Below, piece by piece: positions 47,940 to 57,651 of a DNA stretch of 64,000 bases. The DNA comes from Candidatus Bathyarchaeota archaeon (GTDB taxonomy: Archaea; Thermoproteota; Bathyarchaeia; TCS64). Under the pieces are notes generated by a model. It saw nothing but the letters and a program-made list of their open reading frames with translations. It ran no database searches and was not told where the DNA came from. Positions within the stretch are counted from its first letter, which is position 1; each line of letters opens with the position of its first letter. The position numbers and the translations under genes are program-made. The stretch is from the NCBI GenBank assembly GCA_963771885.1, contig CAVYVF010000023.1, forward strand, positions 352,001-416,000, in the 5' to 3' direction.

Positions 47940-49667
47940 CTAGTTGAGCTCGAAAGTCTCCTCTAGCTGCCTCGTGGCGCGTAACGCCGCACGCCCCGCG
48001 ACTATGAAGAAGACAACTATCACCACCAGCACGACGAGGCCGCTGCCGAGGTCGCCGAAGACGCTGCTGAATGTCCTCGCGATGAGGGGGAAGCTCACGA
48101 GGAGCACCGTCGTCGCCACTAGGGCGAGGGTCGTGAAGTAGAGAAAGCTCTCGATCCTGTCGTTTGCGCTTCTGTGGCGCTTGCCGAGCCTCGATGCGAC
48201 GCCTTGCACGAGCTTCGTATAGACGCGGCGCATTCTGACGCTCACGATGAGGACGATGATGACGGTGAAGCTGGCTATAGTAAGGTCAACACCGTTTCTG
48301 ATGAAGGGTGTGGAAATTAGGGGAGTCACGTAGGTTATGGCGAGGTTCCCGACACCGACAACGAGTAGTATGATCGCCACGCGTCTCGCTAGCTCCCAGA
48401 ATGCGGAGCGTATCTCCTCGAAGACAGCTGTCTCCTTCCCAAATGCCTCCCCAACGATCCTGAAGATGTTCTCTAATCTTGTCCTGAGCTGCCTCGGGAA
48501 AACTCCGGCGAGTCGCTCGGGGAGCGTCTTCTCGAACATTATTAGACCGCTGGACATGACCGCGGAGCCGGCGAGGGCTATGACGCTGATGAGGTAGAGC
48601 TCCTCGCTTCCGAAGCCGAGGTCGACGGCGTTGCGCGCCATGATAACACCGAACTCGCTTATTGCCAGCATGTAGAGTCCGAGTCGGAGCCCCTGCTCTA
48701 GCTTAACCCCCATTATCCAACTGCTTAGACTGAAGCCGACGAACTTCACGAGGACGACGAATAGTGAGACTAATATGGCGACGGTTATCAGGCCGGCGTC
48801 GTTGACAAGTGGGAGGCTCGCTCCGATGCTTGAGAAGAAGATCAGGCTACTCAGATCGCGGAGGCTCCTCATCTTCTCCTCGACCGCTTCCTGTACGCCG
48901 AGGTTGCTGACGACTAAACCGGCGATGAATGCGCCGAAGGCGGTGCTGAGTCCTGAGAGGACGCCGACGTAAGCATATGTCAAGACGACTGCGAGACTGA
49001 GGGCGAGAAATATCTCGCTCTCTTTGCCCGCCGCCCAGCGCAGGGGTCCCCTCAGTAGGCGTAGTCCAAGATAGACCATGAAGATCACACTCAAGAGGAT
49101 ACCGAGAAGGAGTTGGACGATGCCGCTGACGCTAGGCCTCCCCGCAGCGGCGAGTATAGGGAAGATGCTCAGCCCGACGATGGCGATGATGTCCTCGAAG
49201 GCGCCTACGCCCAGTATAATGCTCCTCGTCCCCGGGTCTTCTATCCCCCTCTCCTCAAGCATCTTGAATGTGATCGCGGTGCTCGTGTTCATCGCCATAA
49301 AGACTAGGACGAGTGTCTCACCCCAGCTTAGGTCGAGGACCGTGGCGAAGAATATGGTGAGGAGCGAGACGACTACAACCTCAACGGCAACTATGCCTCC
49401 GGACTTGAGGCCGCCCCGGCTCAGGAAGTCAAGCTTCACAACGAGTCCGATCTCGAATGCTATCAGTATAACCCCCAACTCGGCGAGGAAAGTCAACAAC
49501 GGACTCTCAGTGTCGACGAGGTGGAGGAGAGGCCCGACTATCATGCCTCCTAGGATGTAGCCAGCGATTGCGGAGAAGCCGAGACGCCTAGCAAGAATGC
49601 CGCAGACGGCAGCCGCCACCAGCGGCACAACCAACAGTAAAATCGCGTCTTCGGCCAAATCCATCAC
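47940..49667 (-). CDS. CPA2 cation:proton antiporter
   Basis: GYILGG, AELGV...FEIGL, FEDI, GAFIAG and SEFG; 13 or more TM segments. Confidence 0.88.
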   Translation of the reverse strand: MMDLAEDAILLLVVPLVAAAVCGILARRLGFSAIAGYILGGMIVGPLLHLVDTESPLLTFLAELGVILIAFEIGLVVKLDFLSRGGLKSGGIVAVEVVVVSLLTIFFATVLDLSWGETLVLVFMAMNTSTAITFKMLEERGIEDPGTRSIILGVGAFEDIIAIVGLSIFPILAAAGRPSVSGIVQLLLGILLSVIFMVYLGLRLLRGPLRWAAGKESEIFLALSLAVVLTYAYVGVLSGLSTAFGAFIAGLVVSNLGVQEAVEEKMRSLRDLSSLIFFSSIGASLPLVNDAGLITVAILVSLFVVLVKFVGFSLSSWIMGVKLEQGLRLGLYMLAISEFGVIMARNAVDLGFGSEELYLISVIALAGSAVMSSGLIMFEKTLPERLAGVFPRQLRTRLENIFRIVGEAFGKETAVFEEIRSAFWELARRVAIILLVVGVGNLAITYVTPLISTPFIRNGVDLTIASFTVIIVLIVSVRMRRVYTKLVQGVASRLGKRHRSANDRIESFLYFTTLALVATTVLLVSFPLIARTFSSVFGDLGSGLVVLVVIVVFFIVAGRAALRATRQLEETFELN

Positions 49668-49770
49668 CTACGCCATTCAGCGCCTCCCATAGCTAACCCC
49701 GTGCAACCAAAAACGTTGTGGGGCGAGTCAAGGTTTATCTCGATTGTTTCCCCAGCCAAACACGACCAGA

Positions 49771-50274
49771 ATGAGCAAAAAGGACACGAAGATGGCAGAG
49801 AAGTTCAGGCAGCTCGCGGTCGTCGAGGACGACTACGCAGTCAAGCTCGAGGGCGAGGTACGCGGCTACGGAAACGAGGTTCTCCGCGACATCGTCGGCT
49901 CAGTCGCCGTCGACAGTAAAAAGCACGCGGGCCTCTTCAAGGCATGCGCCGCGATAAGCGCCGGCGAGAGCCTCAGCTTGACTGAAGACGAGTACAACGA
50001 GCTCGTCGACAGCTTCGAGAAGCACACAGTCGTCGAGGGCAACATGATCAAGCAGGTCGACGACATTCTCGCCAAGACGAAGGATGACCGCATTAAAATG
50101 ATGCTCAACCACATAAAGAGCGATGAGATCAGGCATCACCTCCTCCTCAAGGCGCTGACCAAGATGGTCGTGAAGAGGGAGATCGTCCTCGAGAAGGAAG
50201 TCTGGAACCAGCTCTTCCGCGACGTGCTGACGCACGGCCACGCTCCACCGGACCAGTGGGAAGAGCCCGAGTGA
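49771..50274 (+). CDS. Ferritin-like di-iron domain protein
   Basis: DSKKH and DEIRHH carboxylate/His helices. Confidence 0.7.
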   Translation: MSKKDTKMAEKFRQLAVVEDDYAVKLEGEVRGYGNEVLRDIVGSVAVDSKKHAGLFKACAAISAGESLSLTEDEYNELVDSFEKHTVVEGNMIKQVDDILAKTKDDRIKMMLNHIKSDEIRHHLLLKALTKMVVKREIVLEKEVWNQLFRDVLTHGHAPPDQWEEPE

Positions 50275-50448
50275 CATAAACCAACGCGTAAATTGGACAC
50301 CTAAGGGGTAAAAAGAGGCGAAATATCCCCCCTTTTCCCACAAGGGGATTTTTTAATGGCAAAAACTCATTTCGCCAAGTTCTGAGGGTTAAATTTAAAT
50401 AAATTCCTCCGATGACATACTCGTGCCCGGAAAAGCTCACGGTGAAGT

Positions 50449-51838
50449 ATGCAGCTGAAGAGTGAGGATTATCTACGCGTTGACGCGGATTTCGACGAGA
50501 ATGGATTAGAGATCAGGCTGGACGATAGAACGTATAGGGTCGACTACCCTGAAGCGGTCTGGAAACCACTTCCAGACGATGCGAAGAAGCTAATCGTCGA
50601 CCATGTTGCCTTCATGTCGACGAACTATCTGCCCATCGTCCTCGGGAAGAAGGGAATAATCTACGGTACCAGGCAGCCGATGCTCGAGAGCCTCGCCTTC
50701 GAGAGCATGATCTACGACATACCGAGCAGCGCCCTTCTCGACGGGAGGTCTGCGACAGACACACTGCGCAGCTACTATAACGCAGACTTCCGTTTTGAGG
50801 GTGGCGAGACGGTCGTCTGGAGTGGAGGATACCGGCCGAGGAACCGCGCGATAATCAGCTTCACGAGCGGCAAGGAAAGCCTTCTCACACTCGCAGTCTG
50901 CCGGGAGCTCGGTATCGAGCCCGTCCTCGTCAACGTCGTCGAGCCAAGCAACATCTACGAGGAAAAGCACCGGCGCGGGCTCCTCCGTGGGATGGCAGAT
51001 GAGTTCGGCTACGAGTGGTACATGATACACCACGAGCCCGGCGTCTTCCACGACGGTAAAAGGATGGGCTACAAGCCGAGCAGCCTCGGCTGGGGAACCC
51101 AACTCCTCTATTACTTGCTCCTTTACCTGCCCTTCATGATCAAGTTTGATGCACGTTACATCTTCTTCGGGAACGAGAACAGCTGCGATAAGGAGGCGCC
51201 TCCTACGGAGGGGTTCCGCACAAACTACTGCTTCGACCAGAGCAGCCGGTGGACCATGCAGATGGATAACGCGGCGCGACTCCTAACGAGGGACTCGGCG
51301 CGCGTAGGCAGCTTAGTGGGACCCCTCAACGAGATAGCGGTCACGAAGGTGCTCCACGACGGCTACCCCGAGCTTGCGAAGTACCAGATGAGCTGCTTCT
51401 GCGAGGACCCGCCCGCCGAGGAACATAGGTGGTGCTGTAGCTGCAGCAAGTGCGCACGCACCTACGCTTTCATCAGAGGACTAGGGGTACGACCCAGCGA
51501 CCGTGGGATTCTGGAGGGACATGTTCACGGAGGAGCACACCGACCTCTTCCCGGCCCTCGGCGGAACTAAGACCTTCGGCTTCGACAAGTCTGGTTTGGG
51601 CCGGGAGGAGCAGGAGCTCTCACTTTACATGGCGGCCCAGAGGGAGCCCGACAACCCCTTCCTGCAGAGGTATATGAAGACGAGTATGTACAACGGCGTC
51701 GCAGGGGAGGGCGGGGCAGGCAACGAGAGGTTCCGCCGCGACTACGAGTTATACATGACTCCGCAGCACTACAAGGCTATGCCACCTGAGCTGCGAGAGA
51801 AGGTATACGCGATCTACAACAGGGTTCTGCGCGGCTAG
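50449..51838 (+). CDS. PP-loop (AANH) ATPase with Cys cluster, MurL/QueC-like; +1 frameshift at the G run 51484-51487
   Basis: SFTSGKES, GNE.S and SC...WCCSCSKC. Removing one G gives the continuous GLGYDPATVGFWRDMF. Confidence 0.65.
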
Positions 51839-51859
51839 TCGGATGCCCACCAATACTTA

Positions 51860-51878
51860 TATCCCCTCCCCCTGGATA
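51860..51878. promoter_or_regulatory. Putative CsoR operator
   Basis: TATCC-cctccccct-GGATA, an inverted repeat around a C tract overlapping TATA-like TTATAT, just before csoR. Confidence 0.65.
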
Positions 51879-51880
51879 GG

Positions 51881-52156
51881 ATGACTATGTCGTCCGTCCA
51901 CAGACAGAGGAAAAACGCAAGGGACCGCCTCATGAGGGCAGAGGGCCACCTCAGGGGCATCATAAAGATGATCGACGAGGACAAGGAGTGCCCCGACGTG
52001 CTCCTCCAGATCGCCGCTGTCAAGGCGGCTCTCGACAAGGCGGGGCTCGTCATACTCGAGGACCACATAGAGCACTGCCTCGTCGAGGCCGTCAAATCGG
52101 GGGATGTTAAGCCCCAGCTCGACGAGCTCAAAGCGGCGTTGGGGAAGCTCCTTTAG
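51881..52156 (+). CDS. csoR: CsoR-family metal-sensing repressor
   Basis: RL.RAEGHL.GI..M, C.DVL.QI.A and H..HC. Confidence 0.9.
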   Translation: MTMSSVHRQRKNARDRLMRAEGHLRGIIKMIDEDKECPDVLLQIAAVKAALDKAGLVILEDHIEHCLVEAVKSGDVKPQLDELKAALGKLL

Positions 52157-54004
52157 GTGCCTGCTTTGGTTGACAAGGTCAAGGCGGGGGTGCTCGTAGC
52201 CTCAGTCGGGCTCGGCATCGTCAGCTGGGTGTCGCAGACCTTCGGACTGCTACCCCCTCAGATATGCAATATACTCTCACTCGTAGGTGCCATCCTCGGC
52301 GTTCTCTTCATCGGGCACAGTGCCATCAGAACACTGCTTGGCGGCGTATTTGGGATAGACTTGCTGGCGACGGTCGCGATCATCGCATCGATAGTCCTCG
52401 GGGAGAACCTCGCCGCTATTGTTGTCGTACTCATGCTCGGCGGCGGCGAGATTCTCGAGGAATATATCAGCGGGCGCGCCAACAAGGCGATAGAGGAGCT
52501 TGTTGACGCCTTTCCGAAGAACACAATAGTCGTTCGCAATGGTGCCGAGGTTGAGGTACCCGTCTCCGAGGTTAAGCCGGGGGACGTGGTAGCTGTTAAG
52601 CCTGGGGGCATTATCCCGGTCGACGGCGTCGTCTCCTCGGGGCGCGCCACAGTCAACCAGAGCAGTGTCACAGGTGAGCCCCTCCCAGTCGAGAAGGCGG
52701 AGGGAGACGACGTGCTCAGCGGCTCGATCGTTGAGCTGGGCGCCGTCTACATCCGGACACGCGTAGTTGGAGACGACAGCACCTACGGCAGGATCATCGC
52801 GATGGTGAAGGAGGCGGAGGAGAACCAGGCCCCCATCGTTCGGTTGGCCGACCGCTTCGCTGGCTACTACATACCGATCATCCTCCTACTCGGCCTCGCC
52901 GTCTACTGGATGACTGGCGATCCGCTGAGGATGGCGGCTGTCTTCATCATCAGCTGCCCATGCGCATTGACGCTAGCGACGCCTATGGCGGTCGCGGCGA
53001 GCATTGGGAACAGCGCCCGCAAGGGGATACTCATCAGGAACGGAGAGAGTCTGCAGAAGCTCGCTTCAGTGGACACCGTGGTGCTTGATAAGACGGGGAC
53101 GCTCACCCTCGGTCGTCCCGAGGTGTCTGATGTGAAGGGTTTCAACGGCACGACGGGAGCAGAGGTACTCGCCCTCGCCGCGGGAGCGGAGCGCCACTCC
53201 GAGCACCCAGTCGCACACGCCATCCTTAAGAGAGCCGAGAAGGAGGGCATAAGCCCAACCGACTGCTCCGAAGTAGAGACGCTCCCCGGCCTCGGCATCT
53301 GCGTCATCCACGAGTCGACGCGCGTCGCCGTTGGCAGCGAGAAGCTCCTCCGTCAGGAGGGCGTGGAGGTCACTGAGGAGGCGAACGCCTACCTCGCGGC
53401 GCAGAAGACGAATCAGTCTACGATATTCGTGGCCATGAACGGAACACTCGTCGGTGCAATCACAATCTCTGACACCATCCGCGAGAATGTGAAAGAGGTC
53501 ATCGCGGACGCCAGGAGAAGCGGCGCCAAAAAGGTCGTCATCCTCACGGGTGACAAGAAGGACGTGGCCGAGGACGTCGCAGCGCGTGCCGGCGTCGACG
53601 AGGTAGTGGCCGACCTGCTCCCCGCCGAGAAGGTGGCGCACATCAAGCGCCTCAAGAAAGAGGGCGGTGTCCTCATGGTCGGCGACGGCATCAACGACGC
53701 CCCCGCCCTCGCGACTGCGGACGTCGGCGCCGCCATGGGGCTAACTGGCACCGACATAGCCATTGAGACGGCTGGCATCACCCTTGCAAACAACCGCTTA
53801 GAGGGCGTCCCTAGGCTCCTCAGGATTGGCCGCGAGACGATGAAGAACGTGAAGCTGAATATCGCCTTCGCCCTCACGGTGAACGCGATAGGCATCGCCC
53901 TCTCCGCGATGGGTCTAGTCACCCCGCTGACGGCGAGCATCATACACGAGAGCAATGCGTTGCTTGTGATGTTGAACAGCCTGAGGCTCCTGAGGGTAGA
54001 TTAG
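52157..54004 (+). CDS. P1B-type heavy-metal ATPase
   Basis: TGEP, CPC, DKTGT, SEHP and GDGINDAP; no N-terminal HMA domain. Confidence 0.93.
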   Translation: MPALVDKVKAGVLVASVGLGIVSWVSQTFGLLPPQICNILSLVGAILGVLFIGHSAIRTLLGGVFGIDLLATVAIIASIVLGENLAAIVVVLMLGGGEILEEYISGRANKAIEELVDAFPKNTIVVRNGAEVEVPVSEVKPGDVVAVKPGGIIPVDGVVSSGRATVNQSSVTGEPLPVEKAEGDDVLSGSIVELGAVYIRTRVVGDDSTYGRIIAMVKEAEENQAPIVRLADRFAGYYIPIILLLGLAVYWMTGDPLRMAAVFIISCPCALTLATPMAVAASIGNSARKGILIRNGESLQKLASVDTVVLDKTGTLTLGRPEVSDVKGFNGTTGAEVLALAAGAERHSEHPVAHAILKRAEKEGISPTDCSEVETLPGLGICVIHESTRVAVGSEKLLRQEGVEVTEEANAYLAAQKTNQSTIFVAMNGTLVGAITISDTIRENVKEVIADARRSGAKKVVILTGDKKDVAEDVAARAGVDEVVADLLPAEKVAHIKRLKKEGGVLMVGDGINDAPALATADVGAAMGLTGTDIAIETAGITLANNRLEGVPRLLRIGRETMKNVKLNIAFALTVNAIGIALSAMGLVTPLTASIIHESNALLVMLNSLRLLRVD

Positions 54005-54103
54005 TTAGTTTTCGTCCCTTTTTGCTCCATCTAGGGCTAGTAGATTGAGCCTATATGTTATTAAATTTAGCTAAAAGACTCGATTTAAAAATGTTTTTAA
54101 ATA

Positions 54104-54298
54104 ATGGTCGTTTCGAAAACAATGGACATGTCTGACGACGATAAGAAGTATAAGTATCACACCGTCAACCTCCCCGAGAACCTTGCCTCAAAGATCGAGG
54201 AGGTCATCTCGAGTGGTAAGCACGGCTACACTAGCGTCCCAGACTTCGTCAAAAGTGCGGTCCGGAGGTATCTCCGAGACCTAGGTTATCTGGTTTGA
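54104..54298 (+). CDS. Ribbon-helix-helix (CopG-like) protein
   Basis: HTVNLPENLASKI...GYTSVPDFVKSAVRRYL. Confidence 0.8.
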   Translation: MVVSKTMDMSDDDKKYKYHTVNLPENLASKIEEVISSGKHGYTSVPDFVKSAVRRYLRDLGYLV

Positions 54299-54420
54299 AT
54301 TTGCGCGCACACGCTCGTTGCCGACATCCCCCAATCTCGAAATTCTCCTGATGGGAGTTTTAACCGCAACATTCAGACTCAAAGCATTAAAACAGCCTCA
54401 CCTCTGCACTCGTGATCGGT

Positions 54421-55470
54421 ATGATGGGCGAGGATGAGATGTGGCACGCCGTCGAGGCGCGCGACTCGTCGGCGGACGGAAAATTCGTTACAGCGGTACG
54501 TACAACCGGTATCTACTGCCGACCCTCGTGTCCAAGCAGGCATCCAAAAAGAGAGAACGTCGAATTCTACCCAACCGCCGACGCTGCGGAGGTCGCTGGC
54601 TATCGCCCATGCAAGCGCTGTAAGCCACAGGATGTAGATGCGCCGCAGGTCGCCTGGGTCAAGAATATATGCGACTACATACGTCGCCACCCCGAGGCGA
54701 AGATCACACTCGACAATCTCGCCGCCGAGGCGGGTGTCTCCGCCTACCACCTGCAGCGTATCTTCAAGCGCGTTATGGGTGTGAGCCCACGACAGTACCA
54801 AGAAGCGTGTCGAATAGAGCGCCTTAAGGGGCAGCTCCGAGAGGGTGAGTCAGTCACCAAGGCTATTTACGGCGCTGGCTACGGTTCGACTAGCTGGCTC
54901 TACAGGGACTCACATACAAAGCTAGGGATGACCCCGGGGGCATACCGGCGCAAGGGTGAGGGCATGGCGATAAAGTACAGGATACTCGACAGCCCCCTAG
55001 GGAAACTCATCGTCGCCCGCACGGCACACGGCGTCTGCTACGTTGGACTCTGGGACGAAGAGGCGACACTCGAGGCGTCTCTGCGCACCGAGTATCCCCG
55101 GGCGGAACTGACCCGCGACGCAGACGGGAATGATCCCTGGACACAGGGAATACTCGCCTACCTCGAGGGAAGGGCGGCGGAGCTAGGAGGCATACCCGTC
55201 GACGCGCACGGAACCGAGTTCCAGCGGAAAGTCTGGAGGGAGCTTCAGGCGATCCCCCGTGGTAAGACGCGCTCATACGGCGAGGTGGCCAGCAGAATAG
55301 GCCGCCCAAAGGCAGTCCGCGCCGTAGGCAGGGCATGCGCAACTAACCCCGTCTCCCTGCTCATCCCCTGCCACCGAGTCCTCGGAGGCGCTGGCGACCT
55401 CCACGGCTACCATTGGGGACTCGAGCGAAAGAAGAAACTCCTTGAGGCCGAGAACGCACTAGGGGTGTAG
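54421..55470 (+). CDS. ada: Bifunctional Ada: Zn-binding sensor + AraC HTH + O6-methylguanine methyltransferase
   Basis: TTGIYCRPSC, YRPCKRC, HLQRIFK..MGVSP, GTEFQ and PCHRV. Confidence 0.93.
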   Translation: MMGEDEMWHAVEARDSSADGKFVTAVRTTGIYCRPSCPSRHPKRENVEFYPTADAAEVAGYRPCKRCKPQDVDAPQVAWVKNICDYIRRHPEAKITLDNLAAEAGVSAYHLQRIFKRVMGVSPRQYQEACRIERLKGQLREGESVTKAIYGAGYGSTSWLYRDSHTKLGMTPGAYRRKGEGMAIKYRILDSPLGKLIVARTAHGVCYVGLWDEEATLEASLRTEYPRAELTRDADGNDPWTQGILAYLEGRAAELGGIPVDAHGTEFQRKVWRELQAIPRGKTRSYGEVASRIGRPKAVRAVGRACATNPVSLLIPCHRVLGGAGDLHGYHWGLERKKKLLEAENALGV

Positions 55471-55868
55471 CCGGAGCCCTTTGATGACGGTATCTATCTG
55501 CCTCTTGGTGCTCCTGATCGCCATGCCGACGAGGTTGAGGTCTTTCCTCCTTCACTGAGGCGACGGCGGCGCGGTTGTCCGCGTCGTTGTAGGTTTTGAA
55601 GAGCTCCTCAGTATAAATAGTAAACCTTCATGTTCCTTTTCTTGGCACGCTCGTAGACTTCTTTTATCTGATCTCGGTTTGCGGCGAAGACGAGAATGGG
55701 CTGTACACTCATGGGGAGATACTTGTTGCCGCTTGCGTCGACGTAGGGTTCGCCCACGATCTTCTCAGTGCCGGCTATCCCACTTACAGTGAAGGCGGTT
55801 ACGTTTAGCTTCTGCCAGATGGCGAGATCCTCCCTAACGATTACGACTATCTTCGTGTCAAAATCCAT
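55459..55868 (-). CDS. DUF2000 family protein, two +1 frameshifts (55622-55624, 55543-55545)
   Basis: DL..WQKLNVTAF and YVDASG. Corrected tail reads IYTEELFKTYNDADNRAAV...DLNLVGMAI...KGLRLHP*. Confidence 0.75.
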
Positions 55869-55899
55869 GCCCTGATCTAGTTCGGCTCTGAGAAAAGCA

Positions 55900-56520
55900 T
55901 TAGGGGACGCCGCCGAGGTACTCGAACCACGCGATTCGGGCTGCTACGGACCGCCAGGGGCGCCACAGCTCGCCGATCTCCTCGAACTCCTCGGCCGACG
56001 GAGGACGGGGGAGCCCCTTGATGCGGGTTACTGCGGAGATGAGTGCGAGATCGCCCCTAGGCCAAACGTCGAGGCGGCGCAGCGCCATGAGGAGATATAT
56101 GTCAGCGCTCCAGCGCCCGATGCCCTTCAAATCCATAAGCCTGAGCCTGGCCTCGTCGTCGCCGAGTCCATTCAGTTCATCGAACCTGAACGAACCGTCA
56201 AGTACTCTCTCCGAGAGGAGCCGTACGTAGTGGATCTTTTGGCGGCTGAAGCCTATTCTCTTCAGCTCCATGTCGCTGAGGGTGAGGAACACCTCTGGAA
56301 CCGGTTCACCTATCCTCTCGGCAAGACGGCCGTATGCGGCTCGGGCGGATGAGAGGGAGACTTGCTGTTCCAAGATAATGCGTGTGAGTGTGGAGAACCC
56401 GGGTGGACGCGCCCAGAGAGGCGGAGGGCCGTGGCGCGCCACGACAGCGGCAAGGTCAGAATCTCGTTCGGTGAGAGCCCTTACCGCGCTGTGCAGAGTT
56501 TCCTCGTCGAGCAGCCCCAT
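55900..56520 (-). CDS. AlkA-family DNA-3-methyladenine glycosylase (HhH-GPD)
   Basis: ILEQQVS..SA, LKGIGRWSA, DVWP.GD and WRPWRS. Confidence 0.9.
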   Translation of the reverse strand: MGLLDEETLHSAVRALTERDSDLAAVVARHGPPPLWARPPGFSTLTRIILEQQVSLSSARAAYGRLAERIGEPVPEVFLTLSDMELKRIGFSRQKIHYVRLLSERVLDGSFRFDELNGLGDDEARLRLMDLKGIGRWSADIYLLMALRRLDVWPRGDLALISAVTRIKGLPRPPSAEEFEEIGELWRPWRSVAARIAWFEYLGGVP

Positions 56521-56579
56521 ACAAAGTCAAACAGCACGGCACCTGGAGGCTGATAATCCTTGCCAGAAAAATTTGGGCC

Positions 56580-56876
56580 CTATTCCTTTACGTTTGTTAT
56601 TTCGGCGTCCTCATGTAGTGCAGACGGGAACTTGGCGAGGTATTGAACCCAATCTTGGAGCTGCGTCTCCGGGTGCGCAGCAACGAATGCCTCGTGCTTC
56701 TTGCAGTGCCGGCCTACAAACTTAGGGTCGGCCTTTATGACCATGTGCATTCTCAACGCTCCGGGGCCCTGATCGGTCTGGAAGCCACACCCCTCAACAG
56801 GGCACGTAAACAGGCTTATGCTCCCCCTCTGCTTGTCGAGGAGGTAATATCTCTTGTACCTTTCATCTATTTCCAA
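56580..56876 (-). CDS. Small C2H2-type zinc-finger protein
   Basis: FTCPVEGCGF...ALRMH...HCKKH; RBS GGGAGGAG before the TTG start. Confidence 0.7.
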   Translation of the reverse strand: MEIDERYKRYYLLDKQRGSISLFTCPVEGCGFQTDQGPGALRMHMVIKADPKFVGRHCKKHEAFVAAHPETQLQDWVQYLAKFPSALHEDAEITNVKE

Positions 56877-56892
56877 CGATTACTCCTCCCGA

Positions 56893-57064
56893 CTGTGGCC
56901 CCGGCGGCCCTCGCCATCTGGGGTGTTTGAAGAATGTGTCCGCCGCTTTACGCGGTCAGGTTCGGCCTCTGCCCGGGCCGCCGGGTGGGCGATGGGGGAT
57001 CCGCCCAACTCTGGATTCTAAATGGCTTAGTTGTATGATCTCCGCGGCTCACCGGGCCGCTCAG
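56893..57064. ncRNA. Unclassified structured RNA (cis-leader or small ncRNA)
   Basis: Terminal stem GTGGCCCCGGCGGCC / GGCTCACCGGGCCGC encloses hairpins CCGC-tttac-GCGG, CCCGG-gccg-CCGGG, TGGGCG-N10-CGCCCA and CAACT..AGTTG. Confidence 0.6.
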
Positions 57065-57248
57065 AGCCATGTTAGTCTTGCATAAAGGGTGTAATAAGCT
57101 TACTGCACGCCGACGCTAACGGTTCAACACATATCCCTATTTAACAGAGCTTTTTCATACCTTCGGCATTTAACTGGAAAACAGCCCCAGATCGGTAGTC
57201 AACCTTTAAGTAGACTCTTTCCCAACGACGAAATGAGGGAATCCACCA

Positions 57249-57464
57249 ATGAAGTACACGATAGAGGTAGACAGGAACAATTGCATTGCATGCAGTGTCT
57301 GCTATGGTACTGACCCAACACACTTCGAGAGCGACGCCTCCGGCAAATCCCGGGTCATAGGAGGAACTACAAACGGCACATCCGTCGGCGCCTTCGAGGA
57401 CCTTAAAGAGGACGCCCAGAGAGCCTCGGACTCCTGTCCGGTCACAGCCATTACTATAAAGTAG
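57249..57464 (+). CDS. Mono-cluster ferredoxin
   Basis: CIACSVC...CPVTAI. Confidence 0.9.
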   Translation: MKYTIEVDRNNCIACSVCYGTDPTHFESDASGKSRVIGGTTNGTSVGAFEDLKEDAQRASDSCPVTAITIK

Positions 57465-57651
57465 CCCGTAGCAGACTTATGCCAAACGCAACCTCTGATC
57501 CGCTTCATTATGCTTAACCAACATCTCCTAGAAAGTGCAGATTTGGGAAGCGGGTATACAGGTCCCTCGAAGTTCATCGACTCAAATCACTAGGCTGAGA
57601 ACGCCCCACAATCATTAAAGCGTCCGTAGGCGATCTGAGACGCGACCCGCT

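Noticed and set aside
56935..56970. TPP riboswitch (minus-strand GAACCTGA-stem) or SRP RNA (GGTCAGG)
   Set aside because: Lacks the TPP CUGAGA element and the SRP GGAA/AGCA partner motif
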